Below are positions 27,811 to 40,167 of a DNA stretch of 64,000 bases, one piece after another; position 1 is the stretch's first letter, and every line of letters starts with the position of its first letter. The translations under genes and the position numbers were made by a program. Source of the DNA: Amoebidium appalachense (taxonomy: Eukaryota > Protista > Ichthyosporea). A model generated the notes under the pieces. The model had not been told where the DNA came from. It saw nothing but the letters and a program-made list of their open reading frames with translations, and did not search any database. The DNA lies in the NCBI GenBank assembly GCA_963693365.1, contig CAVNZM010000016.1:1-64000 (forward strand), written 5' to 3'.

Positions 27811-28375
27811 GGGTGGGGTGGGGTGTGTATGTGGTGTGGGTGGTGGTGGAGTGTGTGTGTGTGATGTGTGGGTGGGTGGTGTGTGTGTGTTTGGTGTATG
27901 TGTGGGTGTGTGTGTGGGTGTAGGTGGGTCTGCAACCGTCGTATGTTGTTGTGGTGGTGTGTTTCTACGTGTCTGTGCTTTCCCCCCCCTTCCCCCTTTA
28001 CTCGTGTGTGTCCCCCCCCCCTCCCGGAAACAATGGCACAGAAACCCCCTCCGGTGTGGTTAGAACAAACACCGGGTTGGGACAAGAAACACTGAGACCA
28101 TCCACTTGTGGCCGGGGAACCTCCCCCAACCACAAAACATTCACACCATTCATACCTTTGGTAGAGTCACCCCACAAACATTCATGCCATACCACCTCGA
28201 CGCTGTCTTGAGGACCCACGACGATGCCCGGCTCCCACACGTATCGGGGCGGTGAGGGGGCAAAGGGAAGCTTAACCTGGGGTGGGGGAGGGTGAAGGTT
28301 CTCTGCAACCTGCGGGGGACCGATACTGTCCCCCCCCCCTCCCTCAGTGACCCCAGCTTCCCCCTCCCCCGGAAC

Positions 28376-29710
28376 TCAATAGCTCTTGTAACTACGGCAA
28401 TATGCAGCAGAGTGCCCTTGCCGGCCACAAAAGTAACATGCACCAAAGAAGGGGCCAGGGGGGACTTCAAAACCTTGGCGCAAAGCATAACCGGGAGCCC
28501 GGTCATGTTGGGGGGGCCCACCGTGTGCACCACGGCCCCCCCTTCCCCCCTGCCCCCCTCGGCCTCTCTCACCACCATTTCCACCCCTCCCTCTACCCTG
28601 CCCAGCACCACGAGCAAGATAAGGGGCAAACCTCTCGGTGAACTGCTGCTGTTGTCCTCCACGTCCACCTCGGCCACGACCGCCGTGTCCACCCCGGTCG
28701 CCGCCACGGCCACCCCGGAAGCCGAAGCCCCCTCGGCCCGAGAAGACGGCCTGGGAGAGCTCGGCAACCTGCTTGACCAACATGGTGAGTGCATCTGGCT
28801 GTTCACCCTCTTTTTTCTCTTTTTCCCCCTTCTGTCCACTCTCCTTCTTTTTCTTGTCTACTTCCATCACCTCCTTTTTATCCCTCTTATTGAACTTCAC
28901 CTCGTGCATGGCAAGCAAGTGACGTTTAACATGCAACACCACCTCATCTACCTCATCACGCTCCCCAAACATGCGTGCAGTGTCTGTGTTTACTGAGAGA
29001 GCCTTACGAGCAAACTCGAATTTTTCCCTATCACTCACGTCACCAGCTAACTCACAAAGGTCTTCAAAGACCCGATATTCCCTCTCAAAGAATGCACGAG
29101 CTTCTACGGGGGACATATCTAAAGTGGGAAAGGTATACTTCCATTCTCTGAGCTGGGCCCGGAAGGTACGGCGCCGGTCGGCCGTCAGGTATCGGCCGAC
29201 GAGCCGGGCCGTATACTCGAGCTCGTTTTCCGGCCGTGTGAAGGTCTCGAGCTCCCCGTCCACGTCGTCGGTGCTGTTCTCGTCCTCGTCGTCGGGGATG
29301 AACCGTGCGGCCAGACGTTTCTGGCCGAGTGTCCGGGACACCATCTCGTCCCTCCCCTCGTCGTACTGCTGCTCGTATATACGAGCCGTCACCTGGGGGG
29401 CCTGCTCGGCCCGGTACGGGTGCTCCTCCATCAGGGTGCATAAGTCGGCCATTGTTTTGTGGTCGATGCACTGTTTGATCATTAAGCACGAGGCCGCCAC
29501 AGTGGGGGCCTTCTTTGTGTCTAACACTAGTGTGGGTGTGTTAGCTAGGAGTGTCCTAAGCCACCTAGGTATTTCCGAGTCGTGTTTGAGTGTAAAACTG
29601 AAAGCTGTGGTCTGTCTAACGTCTAGTGTATGAACCTGTGGTACCTGTGTGTGCAGGGAGCTATCCTCCGCTGCCAATACGTAGAACATGTCTACGTTAA
29701 ACTTAGCCAT
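28376..29710 (-). CDS. gag: Gypsy Gag (444 aa)
   Basis: RGG-rich region and CYFCGRQGHSAAYC zinc knuckle, downstream of 5' LTR. Confidence 0.88.
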   Translation of the reverse strand: MAKFNVDMFYVLAAEDSSLHTQVPQVHTLDVRQTTAFSFTLKHDSEIPRWLRTLLANTPTLVLDTKKAPTVAASCLMIKQCIDHKTMADLCTLMEEHPYRAEQAPQVTARIYEQQYDEGRDEMVSRTLGQKRLAARFIPDDEDENSTDDVDGELETFTRPENELEYTARLVGRYLTADRRRTFRAQLREWKYTFPTLDMSPVEARAFFEREYRVFEDLCELAGDVSDREKFEFARKALSVNTDTARMFGERDEVDEVVLHVKRHLLAMHEVKFNKRDKKEVMEVDKKKKESGQKGEKEKKEGEQPDALTMLVKQVAELSQAVFSGRGGFGFRGGRGGDRGGHGGRGRGGRGGQQQQFTERFAPYLARGAGQGRGRGGNGGERGRGGQGGRGGRGAHGGPPQHDRAPGYALRQGFEVPPGPFFGACYFCGRQGHSAAYCRSYKSY

Positions 29711-29738
29711 TGTGGGGTGTTCGGGTGGTTGTGTTTAT

Positions 29739-29769
<31 letters not shown>

Positions 29770-29858
29770 CTGTGTGTATGAGGTGTAGCAACAGCCCAGA
29801 AGGAACTGTCACCGCGTTACCCTAGCGCGAAAAACTGCACTAAAAGAAAGGTGTAGCT

Positions 29859-30572
29859 TGTCGTATCCTATTATGTATGTACTAGAGACGCGGCACTCTA
29901 CTAAGTGTACACACACGAAAAGGAACGAACGTGTACAGAAAAACGGTAAAGTTTATTCAGACCAGGCTCCGACGGGCAAACTTAGATCCGAACGGAATGA
30001 GTCTAAGTTACGACTGAGGCCATCAAGGCCGTGCCCTACAAGATCATCATCACCTGGCCCCCTACGATGCCACATTCCGTACATTCCGATCTAACTTTAT
30101 CGTGCGCCTGCACGAGCTAAGTCGATCGGCTCACACTAATATATTTATCTAAGTCTCACCCCCTCTCCCTTCCCCTAGTGGCACCGCAGAGTCTAATTCT
30201 ACATTTCATACTATCTCCCTCCCCCCTCCCTCCCCCCTTTCCTCTGTCATCGAAATATATAAATACGTTTGGCAGCATACACTATCAAAACTTGCCAATA
30301 TTTACAAAAGGGCCTCTGCCCGAACAATCACATTCCTAAGTCCTCCTACGATCTATCCTACACACTAATTAGAATTCTATTGGTCGGCTGTCCCAGCTGA
30401 CGTGGTCCTGCCCTGCGCCGGCAGAGGCAAGATGATGCACGCAGCTGCACAGCTATCTTGAGGCCCCGGATTTGATCTTGATGATCTGTGGACCCGGGCC
30501 ACCCCCCCCCCCCCCCCCCCGATCTCGATCGTAGACTTAGGCTAATCTGCTGAGACGGATTAGTATATGTCA
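29859..30572 (-). repeat. Gypsy 5' LTR
   Basis: Direct repeat of 9008-9720. Confidence 0.93.
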
Positions 30573-31611
30573 GCAGCCGCTTGTGTGCATTTTCTACCGA
30601 ACCCGCAAAATCAACAAACTCAGGAACGACACCGTGTGGAACCGTGTAACGGGTGACAAACTTTTTGGTGGCCGGGTCATAAACAGCCTGGAAGCGCATG
30701 GCAGCATCGGTGCGGGAGTGCATCCACAAGAAATCCGCCTCTGTTGTTTTATATTTTTCCTTCGAAGCAACCTCCTCCGCAAGTGAATATATCGAGTCTT
30801 CGTTCACTGTATTTATCAGTTTGACGGCTGTAGACCACCCGACGGACGGTATCTTGGCATTGTAATCTGTGCCTACCATTTGACAGGCCCATTGAAACTG
30901 GTTAATGCTCATGTTAGAAAAGTCACAACCGTTTTTGTGCTCACCCCTGTGGTCACGCTGAATGGTGTCGTGGCTGACTACACACCCCATTGCCGCCATC
31001 ACTTTCTGCTTGTTTTCGTCCTCCGTTTCAGCGTACGTGTACTTGTATATGAGTGAGAGGTGTTCCATTTCACTGCCGTAGTAAATGTAGTCACTGTCCA
31101 ACGCAATAATGTGATCTATGTGGCCTATTTGTTGTAGGTGCAGAAGTTGGTGGTCAGCCTCGTACGGTGCGAGTATGTATTCTATCGCATTTGCCCGCAG
31201 TGTGTCCATAACCAGGCGTACCAGGCCGGAAGGGGGGCTGACAGCCTTAGCATACTCTCCGGCGTTGTATGCATTCTTCTTGTTAGTAATTCTTTCAGCC
31301 CTCGTGTGCTCTTTACTGGGTGCCGGTTCTCCATCAAAAGCACACACCGGAATACAGTTGAGCTCTGAAACGTATGAACTAATCTTTTCCAGAATGGAGT
31401 TTGTGATGTTTGCCCATATTTTGGATGGCATGTTAATGTTGTCGTGGTTGTATTTTGCTACGTGTTGGGAAAAGGTGGACTGAGCGATCACGTTGTATAT
31501 AACGGTTGACACGTCAATGCCTATTCTATGACCAGAGAGTGAGTTGGGAAGAAAGCAGGCGCGTTTCTGTTCTGAAACGCCCAAAGCAGGCAGTAAACCT
31601 TCGACACCCAT
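30573..31611 (-). CDS. N-terminal half of Exo1/XPG(FEN1-family) nuclease-SWIM fusion
   Basis: MGVEGL, GIDVS, AFDG, K..T...R, APYEADHQL, DSD, GTDY, helix-turn-helix IPSVGWSTA, FQAVYDP. Confidence 0.9.
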
Positions 31612-31932
31612 GGTGTATTGCGAGTGTTGTGAAAGTGGGTGTGTGATTCACTCAAAGATCAGCCCAATTTTTTTTTGAAAAACTTAAACATAAAACTACA
31701 GTTAAAGAGACAAACATTTCGCAAGTTTATGCTTCACAGCTACAGTATGACAGCGTGTGGGAGTCGAAGCGAACGTGAAGGCTTTATGTAGCTGCACACG
31801 AAACGTTGGCGTGGGCTAGTTGTATAGTGCTGGGGACCGCCGTCTGATTGCAGGCCCTATGGCTGCCAACCTCGGGAGTTTGAGCGAAGTAAAAAATTGA
31901 TCGATTTTGGTATAGTAGATCCAAAGTGGTCC

Positions 31933-32468
31933 ATATTTGCCACAGGATTCTATTCTTAGAGTGGTAGTGTGCTTTATTCCCGGATATTCTCAGGATATTT
32001 TTAGTTGTGTGAAGTAAGATCTACGTTTAACTGCAATTGGTGTGTTAAACACGTTTATTTGTGTGCTTTAGTGCAAGTTATCTAGCCACTCAACGTGCAC
32101 AGTTAACTTTTATATCTTTAACGACTTGTTTTCATTGTGCTCTCTTTTCGGCCATGCTGTACATGGCCCACCACCAGGGTGCACACGAGGCCACCATGAG
32201 GTGGCCAACGACTATATAAAGCAGTGCCTCCCATGTCACAAACATGGGAAGCAGAACGTTTGATTTACACTTTTCTACTGTCGTTTTCAGTGCACAAAAC
32301 ACATAGACTAGTTACCCATCATACACGACACTATGTCTGACAACTTACAGTTGCAGCAACTAGTCCAACTACTGGAGCAGAGGTTGGCCTCACAAGATGC
32401 AATCATTTCTGACTTACATAAGGAACAACGTGCACTAGAACTAGCTTCTATAAACACAATGTCCAACA
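31933..32468 (+). mobile_element. Copia solo LTR, right part
   Basis: Continues 6083-6313; ends GTCCAACA followed by TSD CTTGT. Confidence 0.88.
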
Positions 32469-32870
32469 CTTGTACCATTGCCTGCAGGACGGCGGGCAGT
32501 GGGCTTTCGGTGGGTCTTTGATGCCAAGCGGGGCACCGACGGAGAGATAACACGACTCAAAGCACGGGGTGTTGCCACGGGCTTCACTCAGGAGGCAGGC
32601 ATCGACTATGAGCAGACATTCAGCCCAGTTGCCAGCTTCAGCAGCTTCCGGCTCCTGTTCCCCATTGCGGCCGCCGAGGGACTGGAGACTTCGCAGTTGG
32701 ACATCGTCACCGCGTTTCTCAACGGCGATCTCAACGAGGAGATATACATGCAGCAGCCAGATGGCTACGTCGCTCCCGGAAAGGAGGGCTAGTACGTCTG
32801 CAAGCTCAAGAAGTCGATCTACGGCCTCAAGCAGTCGGCCCGCATGTGGAATCAGAAATTCCACGAATAG
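32469..32870 (+). pseudogene. Copia RT fragment of a different family
   Basis: RWVF, LKARGVA.GFTQ..GIDY..TFSPVA, DIVTAFLNG, IYGLKQS; internal stops. Confidence 0.85.
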
Positions 32871-32904
32871 CACGCGGGGATGCGGGTGGACACAGAGTTA
32901 GAAG

Positions 32905-34931
32905 GGGAGGGGGGGGGGGGGGGGGGGGGGGCTAGGTGAGTGTAAGGGGGGGGGGCTCGTGGGATGGGTGGGGAGTAAAATTATGTGCAGTGGCCAGAAT
33001 AACGTCTTTGTGTAGGGACATGTATTCTGTGGCGCGCGCGGGCGCCGTAGGTGGCTTGCGAAAATTTGTACTTAGCCCTAGTGACCCGAGCTTCCGAGCT
33101 CCGTGTCCCTGTACCCGTGTATCCTAGCTCCTAGCCCCTATGTTCTATCTGTGTGTGTGGGTATGCGCGTAGACTAGGCATTAGGCTTGCAGTCTTTGCG
33201 GGGGTGTGTGCCAGAGCAGAGCGGGCACACGTGGGAGAGGGGGGCAGGGCTGCTTAGCGCAGGACCGACCTTAAATGTGGAAATTCATGTAGTGCGTGGC
33301 GGGTAGCTCCACCGATCAGGCCGGTGTTGCCAGGCCGGGGTGCGGGTCAGGGCGGTTGGGGGTTTGTCCCCCGCCGGGCTTGTGGGGCGGTGTGAAGCCA
33401 TCAAGTCTTAGACCACAGCCGGGCTTGGGGTACTACATGGGACAGGCCTGAGGGGGGGCTTCAGGGGTAGAGGGGAGAGTGGCTTGGAGGGTCCGTGGTG
33501 GTGGGGGCCGCCGGAGGCGCGTCAGTGCCCGCGGGAGCGTTGGGCAGCTGGTTGCGGAGGTCGCGTAATTTGAAATTCGTTTGGAGGGGCGTCGAGCCTG
33601 AGGGTTCTTGCTGCTCGGGGGTTACTGGGAAAGCCGGAACAGGGAGGGGAGGAGGGGCTTTGACGGGATTGGTTTTGGGATCAGGCACGACGGAGGCAGG
33701 GTCAAAGGCAGGTAAGTCCGGACGGAGAAGGTTAACTGGGTCGGGCCAGGGGCTTTGGAAACGGGGGCGGGCAGCACGGTAGGCTGGCTGGGCAGAAATG
33801 TGGATGGGCAGGCAGCACGGTTACGTAGGCTGGCTGGGCAGAAACGTGGATGGGAACGACCGGACCTGGCAGCATGTGTAGCTGGCCGGGGTCGGGTGGC
33901 AACAGGGGGGGAACAGCTGCAGGGGAACTGGGGCCGTGCAGGGTTTGGGGTAGCTGAGATCTCGACGAGGCTGGCCTTGTGATCTGAGGAAAAAAAAAAA
34001 AAAAAAAAAATGCTGCTGGAATGCGGGGCAGACCAGTGGAATGTGAGGTATCCATCGACAGTGAAGTCATGGTGGGGGGAGACATGGCGGAAAACAGGGT
34101 GGGAAAACAGGGAAGGAGGCGGGTTGAACATGGTAAGCTGTTCTGGCAGGGACTTGGGGTCAGTCAGGACTCCTGAACAGTAGGAAAGCACAAGGTGCTT
34201 TGACTGGGTTTAACATAAGCGACGCGATTGGAGTACCGTATTTGAATACTCAGAAGGGCAATCGGGCAAGGACTATGAGCGAGGATAGTCAATGCGGATC
34301 GAAGCGGGGTGTGAAATTCTAGGCCATCGGGATTGAAAACGGGGTTTGAAATTAGACGAGTGGTAGGGACTTAGATCACAGCGGCGCGGCGCGTGAGGGA
34401 CCATGTCAGGAAATCTTCTTGAAGTGTCGAGGAACTTGTAGGGCGACTAGCCCTAACCGGGACGGAACTGGCAGGAGTGCAAGCCTAACTTGCGAGGAGG
34501 ACACGAGGGCAAGCTGAACTTGCAAGGATGGCACGATTGTCAAGGTGTGACAGAAGCTCGTGTCAAGAGTTGTCACGGAGTGTGAAAAGGAATATATAGC
34601 TGTAAGGCTGTGGATGCTAAACACAGAAAATGTGTTTGTAGCTTGCTGATCTGCTAAAAACTGTCGTGCTTATATACCTAAGCCTACCGATCTGAGCCAA
34701 TCAAAAATCGATCTAGTGATATGTGAAATCTGATCCGAGCCAGTCATAACTCGGTCTAGTGATCTGTGGTATCTGATGTTTTGATTGGCTAATAGGTGCC
34801 CGTGTGCGGGCAGCCAACCGCTAACTGCTAAAACACGAAATGAAGCCTACATGGTTATGTTGGTATCGAACACCCATCCTACGTGTTTACCCAGAAAAAT
34901 ATTTATGTCAATAATTTCCACAAATAAAACC
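32905..34931 (-). mobile_element. Degenerate, internally deleted Ngaro-type copy
   Basis: ~34582-34931 is the reverse complement of the A repeat 38165-38514; ~32905-33570 resembles gag and inter-ORF parts of 38620-40000. Confidence 0.8.
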
Positions 34932-35394
34932 CAGCCAATTAGATGAGTACAAGTTGGCACTGCATATCTGTACATCTGATTGGTCCTAGCGGCTGTCCTT
35001 GGAGGCAGCGCGAGTATATAAAGACGGGACACGGCAGTGTCCTATCATCGGCTTCAAGATTATCTCTGCTGACCATCACCAGTAACGCACATACACTTGG
35101 GTAGGTAGTGTACGAATCACAACAGTTCATGGCTGACATCAGCAATCTCCACCGGGGATCGTATACCCCTCGTAATGCCATCTCCGATGGCGTAAACCTG
35201 TCACCCATCGTAAAGCACACCGCGAGTTCATATGGAGTGGTTGCACGACCTCTTTACGATAGTGTAAAGAGTTCCATGGGGTTAACGGAGCGTCTTATGT
35301 ATATACATTGGATATACGCTTTACGACATCCATCAACCCTCTTTACGACATCCATAGGGTTTATGGATGTCGTAAAGCGTATGTCATATGTATA

Positions 35395-35545
35395 TCCTAT
35401 GTATATCCGATGTATATACATTGCACTATACATAGGATATCCAATGTATATACATTGCACTGTGCATAGGATATCCAATGTATATACATTGCACTGTACA
35501 TAAGATATCCAATGTATATACATTGCACTATACATAGGATAACCT
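35395..35545. repeat. 32-bp minisatellite within a degenerate repeat region (~35100-36020)
   Basis: gatatccaatgtatatacattgcactRtRcata about 4 copies; resembles CACTA-like subterminal repeats. Confidence 0.7.
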
Positions 35546-38500
35546 ATGTATATCCAATGTATAACCTATGTATATACATACGACTATACATAGAACATAC
35601 ATACGAGAGCGTTACGAGGGGTGGGAAACCCATCGTAATCTTCACCATCCGAGTATCCAAACCCATCCCGTTGGATATCTTAAGTATATGTTTAGGAGCG
35701 GCTTAATACCATCGTAACCCATGACATATGATATACATCGATGTATTTTACGAATTACCAACCATATACATATGATATACATATGGCTGGTCCTGGGGTA
35801 CATTACGACCCCCATAATACCGTCGTAGACATTTCCATAAGAGCCCGTACACCACTCGTATGTATATACATAGCATGTCGTGTATACATCATTACGACAG
35901 CTCTTTGCCCATCCATAAGATATCCTATGCATAGCCAAATAATATGTTACGAGTATACCATGACTAACTAAATACAATATTACGGAATATCGTAATATAC
36001 GATTACGAGCTGTCGTAATATCATAATACGAAAAGTAACCACCACCGTTGTGCCCCCCCCCTCCCCCCTCCCCCCCCCCCCCCCCCTCCCCTCCCCCCCT
36101 CCCCCCCCCCCTCCCCCCCCCCCCCCCCCCCCCTCCCCTCCCCCCCCCCCCCCCTCCCCCCCCTCCCCCTCCCCCCTCCCCCTCCCTCCCCCCCCCTCCC
36201 CCCCCCCCCCCCCACCTTCCTTCTTACCTTTCTAACTTTTTCACAATTTGTACACGAGATACCATTAAGACTGTTGTTCCTTTATGTCTCGCTCCACTGG
36301 AGCAGAGGCCGCACAAGTTGTTCATGTTTAAAAATTTCTAAGTCTCACTCCACAGGAGTAGAGACAATTTCACTCTGTTAGACTCCACAGGAGTCCAGCT
36401 TTCACCGAACAAACTAAACAAACCAACAAACAAACAAACAAAACAAAACAAACATCATCACACAAATAAAATACGAAGTCTACATCTCCCCCCTATCTCC
36501 CCCCTGCAGAGGCCGGGACTACACCAAAAGAGACAGTCATAAACTAAGTATTAATTCTTTTTTTTTTCCTCCGGGGGGGGGGGGGGGGGGGGGGGGTCTT
36601 TCCCTATTCCTCCTCATTCTAATCATCCTCAACCCTCCCACCCACATCGCCTTTCTGCTGACAGGCTGAGGACTGCCTTCTCCCGGACCTTTCAGATCTT
36701 TTCCCAGGTCTTTGCATACTGGGTTGGGACAGAAGGAGATTGTGTGAGTGTTTTTAACTTTTCTGGCTAGCCTGAGCATGTATGTACCTGGGAAAAATGC
36801 TATCACAATGTTACCATACCAAACCTAAAGATGACATGATAGGATGATACTTGCCCATGCTTAGGAGATATCCTAAAACACTACGATGATACGTAACCCA
36901 TACATACGACTTATCAATATCATCATTTTGATATCCATACGTTGTCTTTCGGACGGGAGCTAAAACACAATGATGGGGGGGGGGGGGGGGGTTTTGAATG
37001 CAGAATACGGTACGAAATACGCATACACGATGAGAAGCATGGTGCAGGACACATGCAAAGGCAAACATTCAAGCACGCAACATCAGCCATGTGCACAGTA
37101 TGCGTCATAAGCAGAGCCCATCCTCAGGGAGGACGCAAGGGGGGGGGGGGGGGGGGGTAGTTGTTTACCTTGCTGATCTCTGATGGCCGAGCACCACCCT
37201 CGTAGTCAGGCATGTCAGCTCCATACTTCACAGCTGACCACGAAATCTGAGTGGCAGACTTGTGGGCCATTGGATCCCGCAGTCCGCACTCAAATGTGTG
37301 GAGCATGAAGCTGAAGAGCTCGGGCAACGCCTTTTGAAACTCCTAACAGATAATGGGAGAAATTGTAAAGTTTACATTTTGTGACGTGGTGCCACAACGG
37401 GGGTATTTTATTAGCATACGAATAGTAAATGCTGAGCTGGGGACCCGGCAGGAAAGATATCGACCAACGGGGACGGCCCGTCATGAGCGGTGTTCAGATA
37501 CAAAAACACAGCAAAATATTGACATGAAAACATCCGAACGGGGCCTGCACGTTCGTGTCAAATTATTCATATCATATCCAATTCGGATTCTGAGAGTCCA
37601 CCAAGAAAACAAAACGCACAAAAAACGTGCCCATCACAGATTTGTGGTGAAACACGTCTTCGGGGAAACACGTATTCCGGAATATACATTAGAATCAAAA
37701 TAAGCACGTTCCAGGAGCCATAAGACGTGTCTGCAAGTCCATGAGCAAGACGTTATAGAAATTAGACAGTATTGATACAAACATATTCCGGAATACGATA
37801 ATATGGGACAAGTGGTTTTGCTGTGGTTTGGGTCACGTAAAGATCTCATAGCTGAGCAGTCCCCAACGTGCAGAAAAACACATATTCCGGAATATGTTAA
37901 TCGGCCTATTGCAAACCCAGTCTTGTGCATTCTCAACCATACATGCCCGTGCTATGGACCAGAAAAACTAATACACTTATTGGTGTCAAGAGAACCAACC
38001 CAACCCCACCCCAATCCCAACCACCATCTACTCGAGCTAGTAGAGACAAAAGCCCTAAAACATAACATAACACAACATAACACAAAAAAAAAAAACACAA
38101 GCCCGTTCGTTCGTTTGTTCGTTCCATGAGCATGTAAAAATATGTCAAGACAAAATGTGGCTGAGGTTTTATTTGTGGAAATTATTGACATAAATATTTT
38201 TCTGGGTAAACACGTAGGATGGGTGTTCGATACCAACATAACCATGTAGGCTTCATTTCGTGTTTTAGCAGTTAGCGGTTGGCTGCCCGCACACGGGCAC
38301 CTATTAGCCAGTCAAAACATCAGATACCACAGATCACTAGACCGAGTTATGATTGGCTCGGATCAGATTTCACATATCACTAGATCGATTTTTGATTGGT
38401 TCAGATCGGTAGGCTTAGGTATATAAGCACGACAGTTTTTAGCAGATCAGCAAGCTACAAACACATCTTCTGTGTTTAGCATCCACAGCCTTTCAGCTAT

Positions 38501-38553
38501 ATATTCCTTTTCACTCCTTTTCATTCTCACTATCTTTCCCTACGCCGGTCAGC

Positions 38554-39724
38554 ATGCCGCCGAAAAAGCGCCAGGCCTCAGCCGCCGCCCCTGCCGCGGC
38601 ACCTAAGCGCCTGACCCGCAGCGACCTCCGCCACAGGCTGACCAACGCTCCCGCGGACACTGGCGCGCCTCCAGCGGCCCATACCACCACGGACCCGGAC
38701 CCGCCGGCTACTCTCCCCTCCACCCCTGAAGTCCCCCCTCAGGCCCCGCCGTCCCCGCAGATGACTTCTCAAGACGCCGTCCTGGCCGCCCTCACCGCCA
38801 TCAGCACCCAGATGGCTGGCGTCCTGGCTGCTCTCACCAACCGCGACCCTCCCGCGCCCCCCGCCGCGCCCTCCACACCCGGGGAGGTTTCCCCGGGGCT
38901 GCATCTCGGCCCTGACCTTGACCTGCCTGCCCTGCCCGCGCCCCCCATCACAGGTGAGAACACTGGCGACATTCAGCCGGGCACACTCCCGCTTCCCCCC
39001 GCGGATGTGCTGGCAGATTTGCGCGCCAATCGTTTCGTCGACCTGTATAAGTTCACCCCCGCCGCCCTCCTGGCCCCATCCAAGAAAGGTCAGCATCTGC
39101 GCATGGCCGACGACGGCAGCATCGAGACTTTTCGCCAAGACAAACCCGTTCCCCTGCGTTCACTCGTCATTTGGATCCAAGCTTGGACCCATTACATGGC
39201 CGCCAAGCACCACCTCGGCCTTCCCACGGACAAAGACGTACTTTGGACTCAGCACATCACTCGCCTCAGCACCCGATACCCGTGGGCCCAGATCCACAAC
39301 TATGACGTATACGCCCGCACCGTGGCCCACCAGCAGGGTCGGGCTCCGATCGAGTGCCCCAACCTGCTCGCCCAACTCCACCAGGATCTCCTCCTGCCAC
39401 CCACCCTGCTCATCCAGGACGCATGTCAGCGCTGTGGCTTCCCCCGACCACCCCAGCGCGGCCTGCCCCATGTACCCCAAGCCCGGCTGTGGTCTTGACG
39501 GCTTTAAGCCGCCCCACAAGCCCGGCGGGGGTCACACCCCTAACCGCCCTGGCCCGCAACCCGGCCCGGCCAAACCGGCCCGACCCGTGGATCTACCCGC
39601 GACGCACTGCAGGAATTTCCACATTAACGGTCGGTCCTGCGCTAAGCAGCCCTGCCCCTTCTCCCACGTGTGCCCGCTCTGCTCTGGCACACACCCCCGC
39701 AAAGACTGCAAGCACAATGCCTAG
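38554..39724 (+). CDS. Ngaro Gag-like ORF1 (one frameshift near 39440)
   Basis: WIQAW..Y...YPWAQIHNYD..AR core; CQRCG/SPDHPSAAC knuckle split across frames; C-terminal CRNFH...C...HVC..C...H....C. Confidence 0.8.
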
Positions 39725-40023
39725 TCTACGCGCACACCCACACACACAGCTAGAACATAGGGGTTCGGAGCTAGGACACACGAGTACAGGGAAACGGAGC
39801 TCGGGAGAACGGGCCAATAGGGCTGAGTACAAAATTTCGCAGGCCAACTACGGCGCCCGCGCGCGTCAAGAACAAATGTCCCTATACAAAGACGTTTATT
39901 CTGGCCACTGCACATAATTTTACTCCCCCCCCCCCCATCCCACGAGCCTCCCCCCCCTTACACTCACCTAGCACTCCCTCCCCCCCCCCCTTCTTCTACC
40001 GCTGTGTCCGCCCACACCCCCGC

Positions 40024-40118
40024 GTGCTCGGGCACATTCCCCTGCACAGGGCCCCGCTGCCCTCCCTGCCAACCCTCACTTGGGCCAAGCTGCCCTACTC
40101 TAACCCCCCGGGGCCCTG

Positions 40119-40167
<49 letters not shown>

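Larger units (their letters stand above)
9008..30572 (-). mobile_element. Ty3/Gypsy chromovirus-type LTR retrotransposon with nested insertions
   Basis: LTRs 9008-9720 and 29859-30572 (TG...CA, about two differences seen); TSD GCAGC 9003-9007 / 30573-30577; gag-PR-RT-RH-IN-chromo order. Confidence 0.93.
6314..31932. mobile_element. ISL2EU-like (PHIS group) TIR DNA transposon, ~4049 bp after removing the nested Gypsy
   Basis: Perfect 17-bp TIR GGACCACTTTGGATCTA (6314-6330 / 31916-31932); AT TSD (6312-6313 / 31933-31934) checked against the uninterrupted LTR sequence; THAP ORF and SWIM-containing ORF on opposite strands. Confidence 0.8.

Noticed and set aside
27796-28040. Intron inside the Gypsy gag-pol junction
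   Set aside because: The CA-rich tract ends in tgcag, but no clear donor or restored reading frame could be established
30358-31611. Stand-alone 417-aa host Exo1 gene
   Set aside because: The last ~70 codons are Gypsy LTR read-through; the true continuation is 9002-8047, and the gene is intronless inside TIRs
36811-36957. End of another CACTA-like element (CCCGTCCGAAAG on minus strand)
   Set aside because: No partner TIR or TSD found in the window
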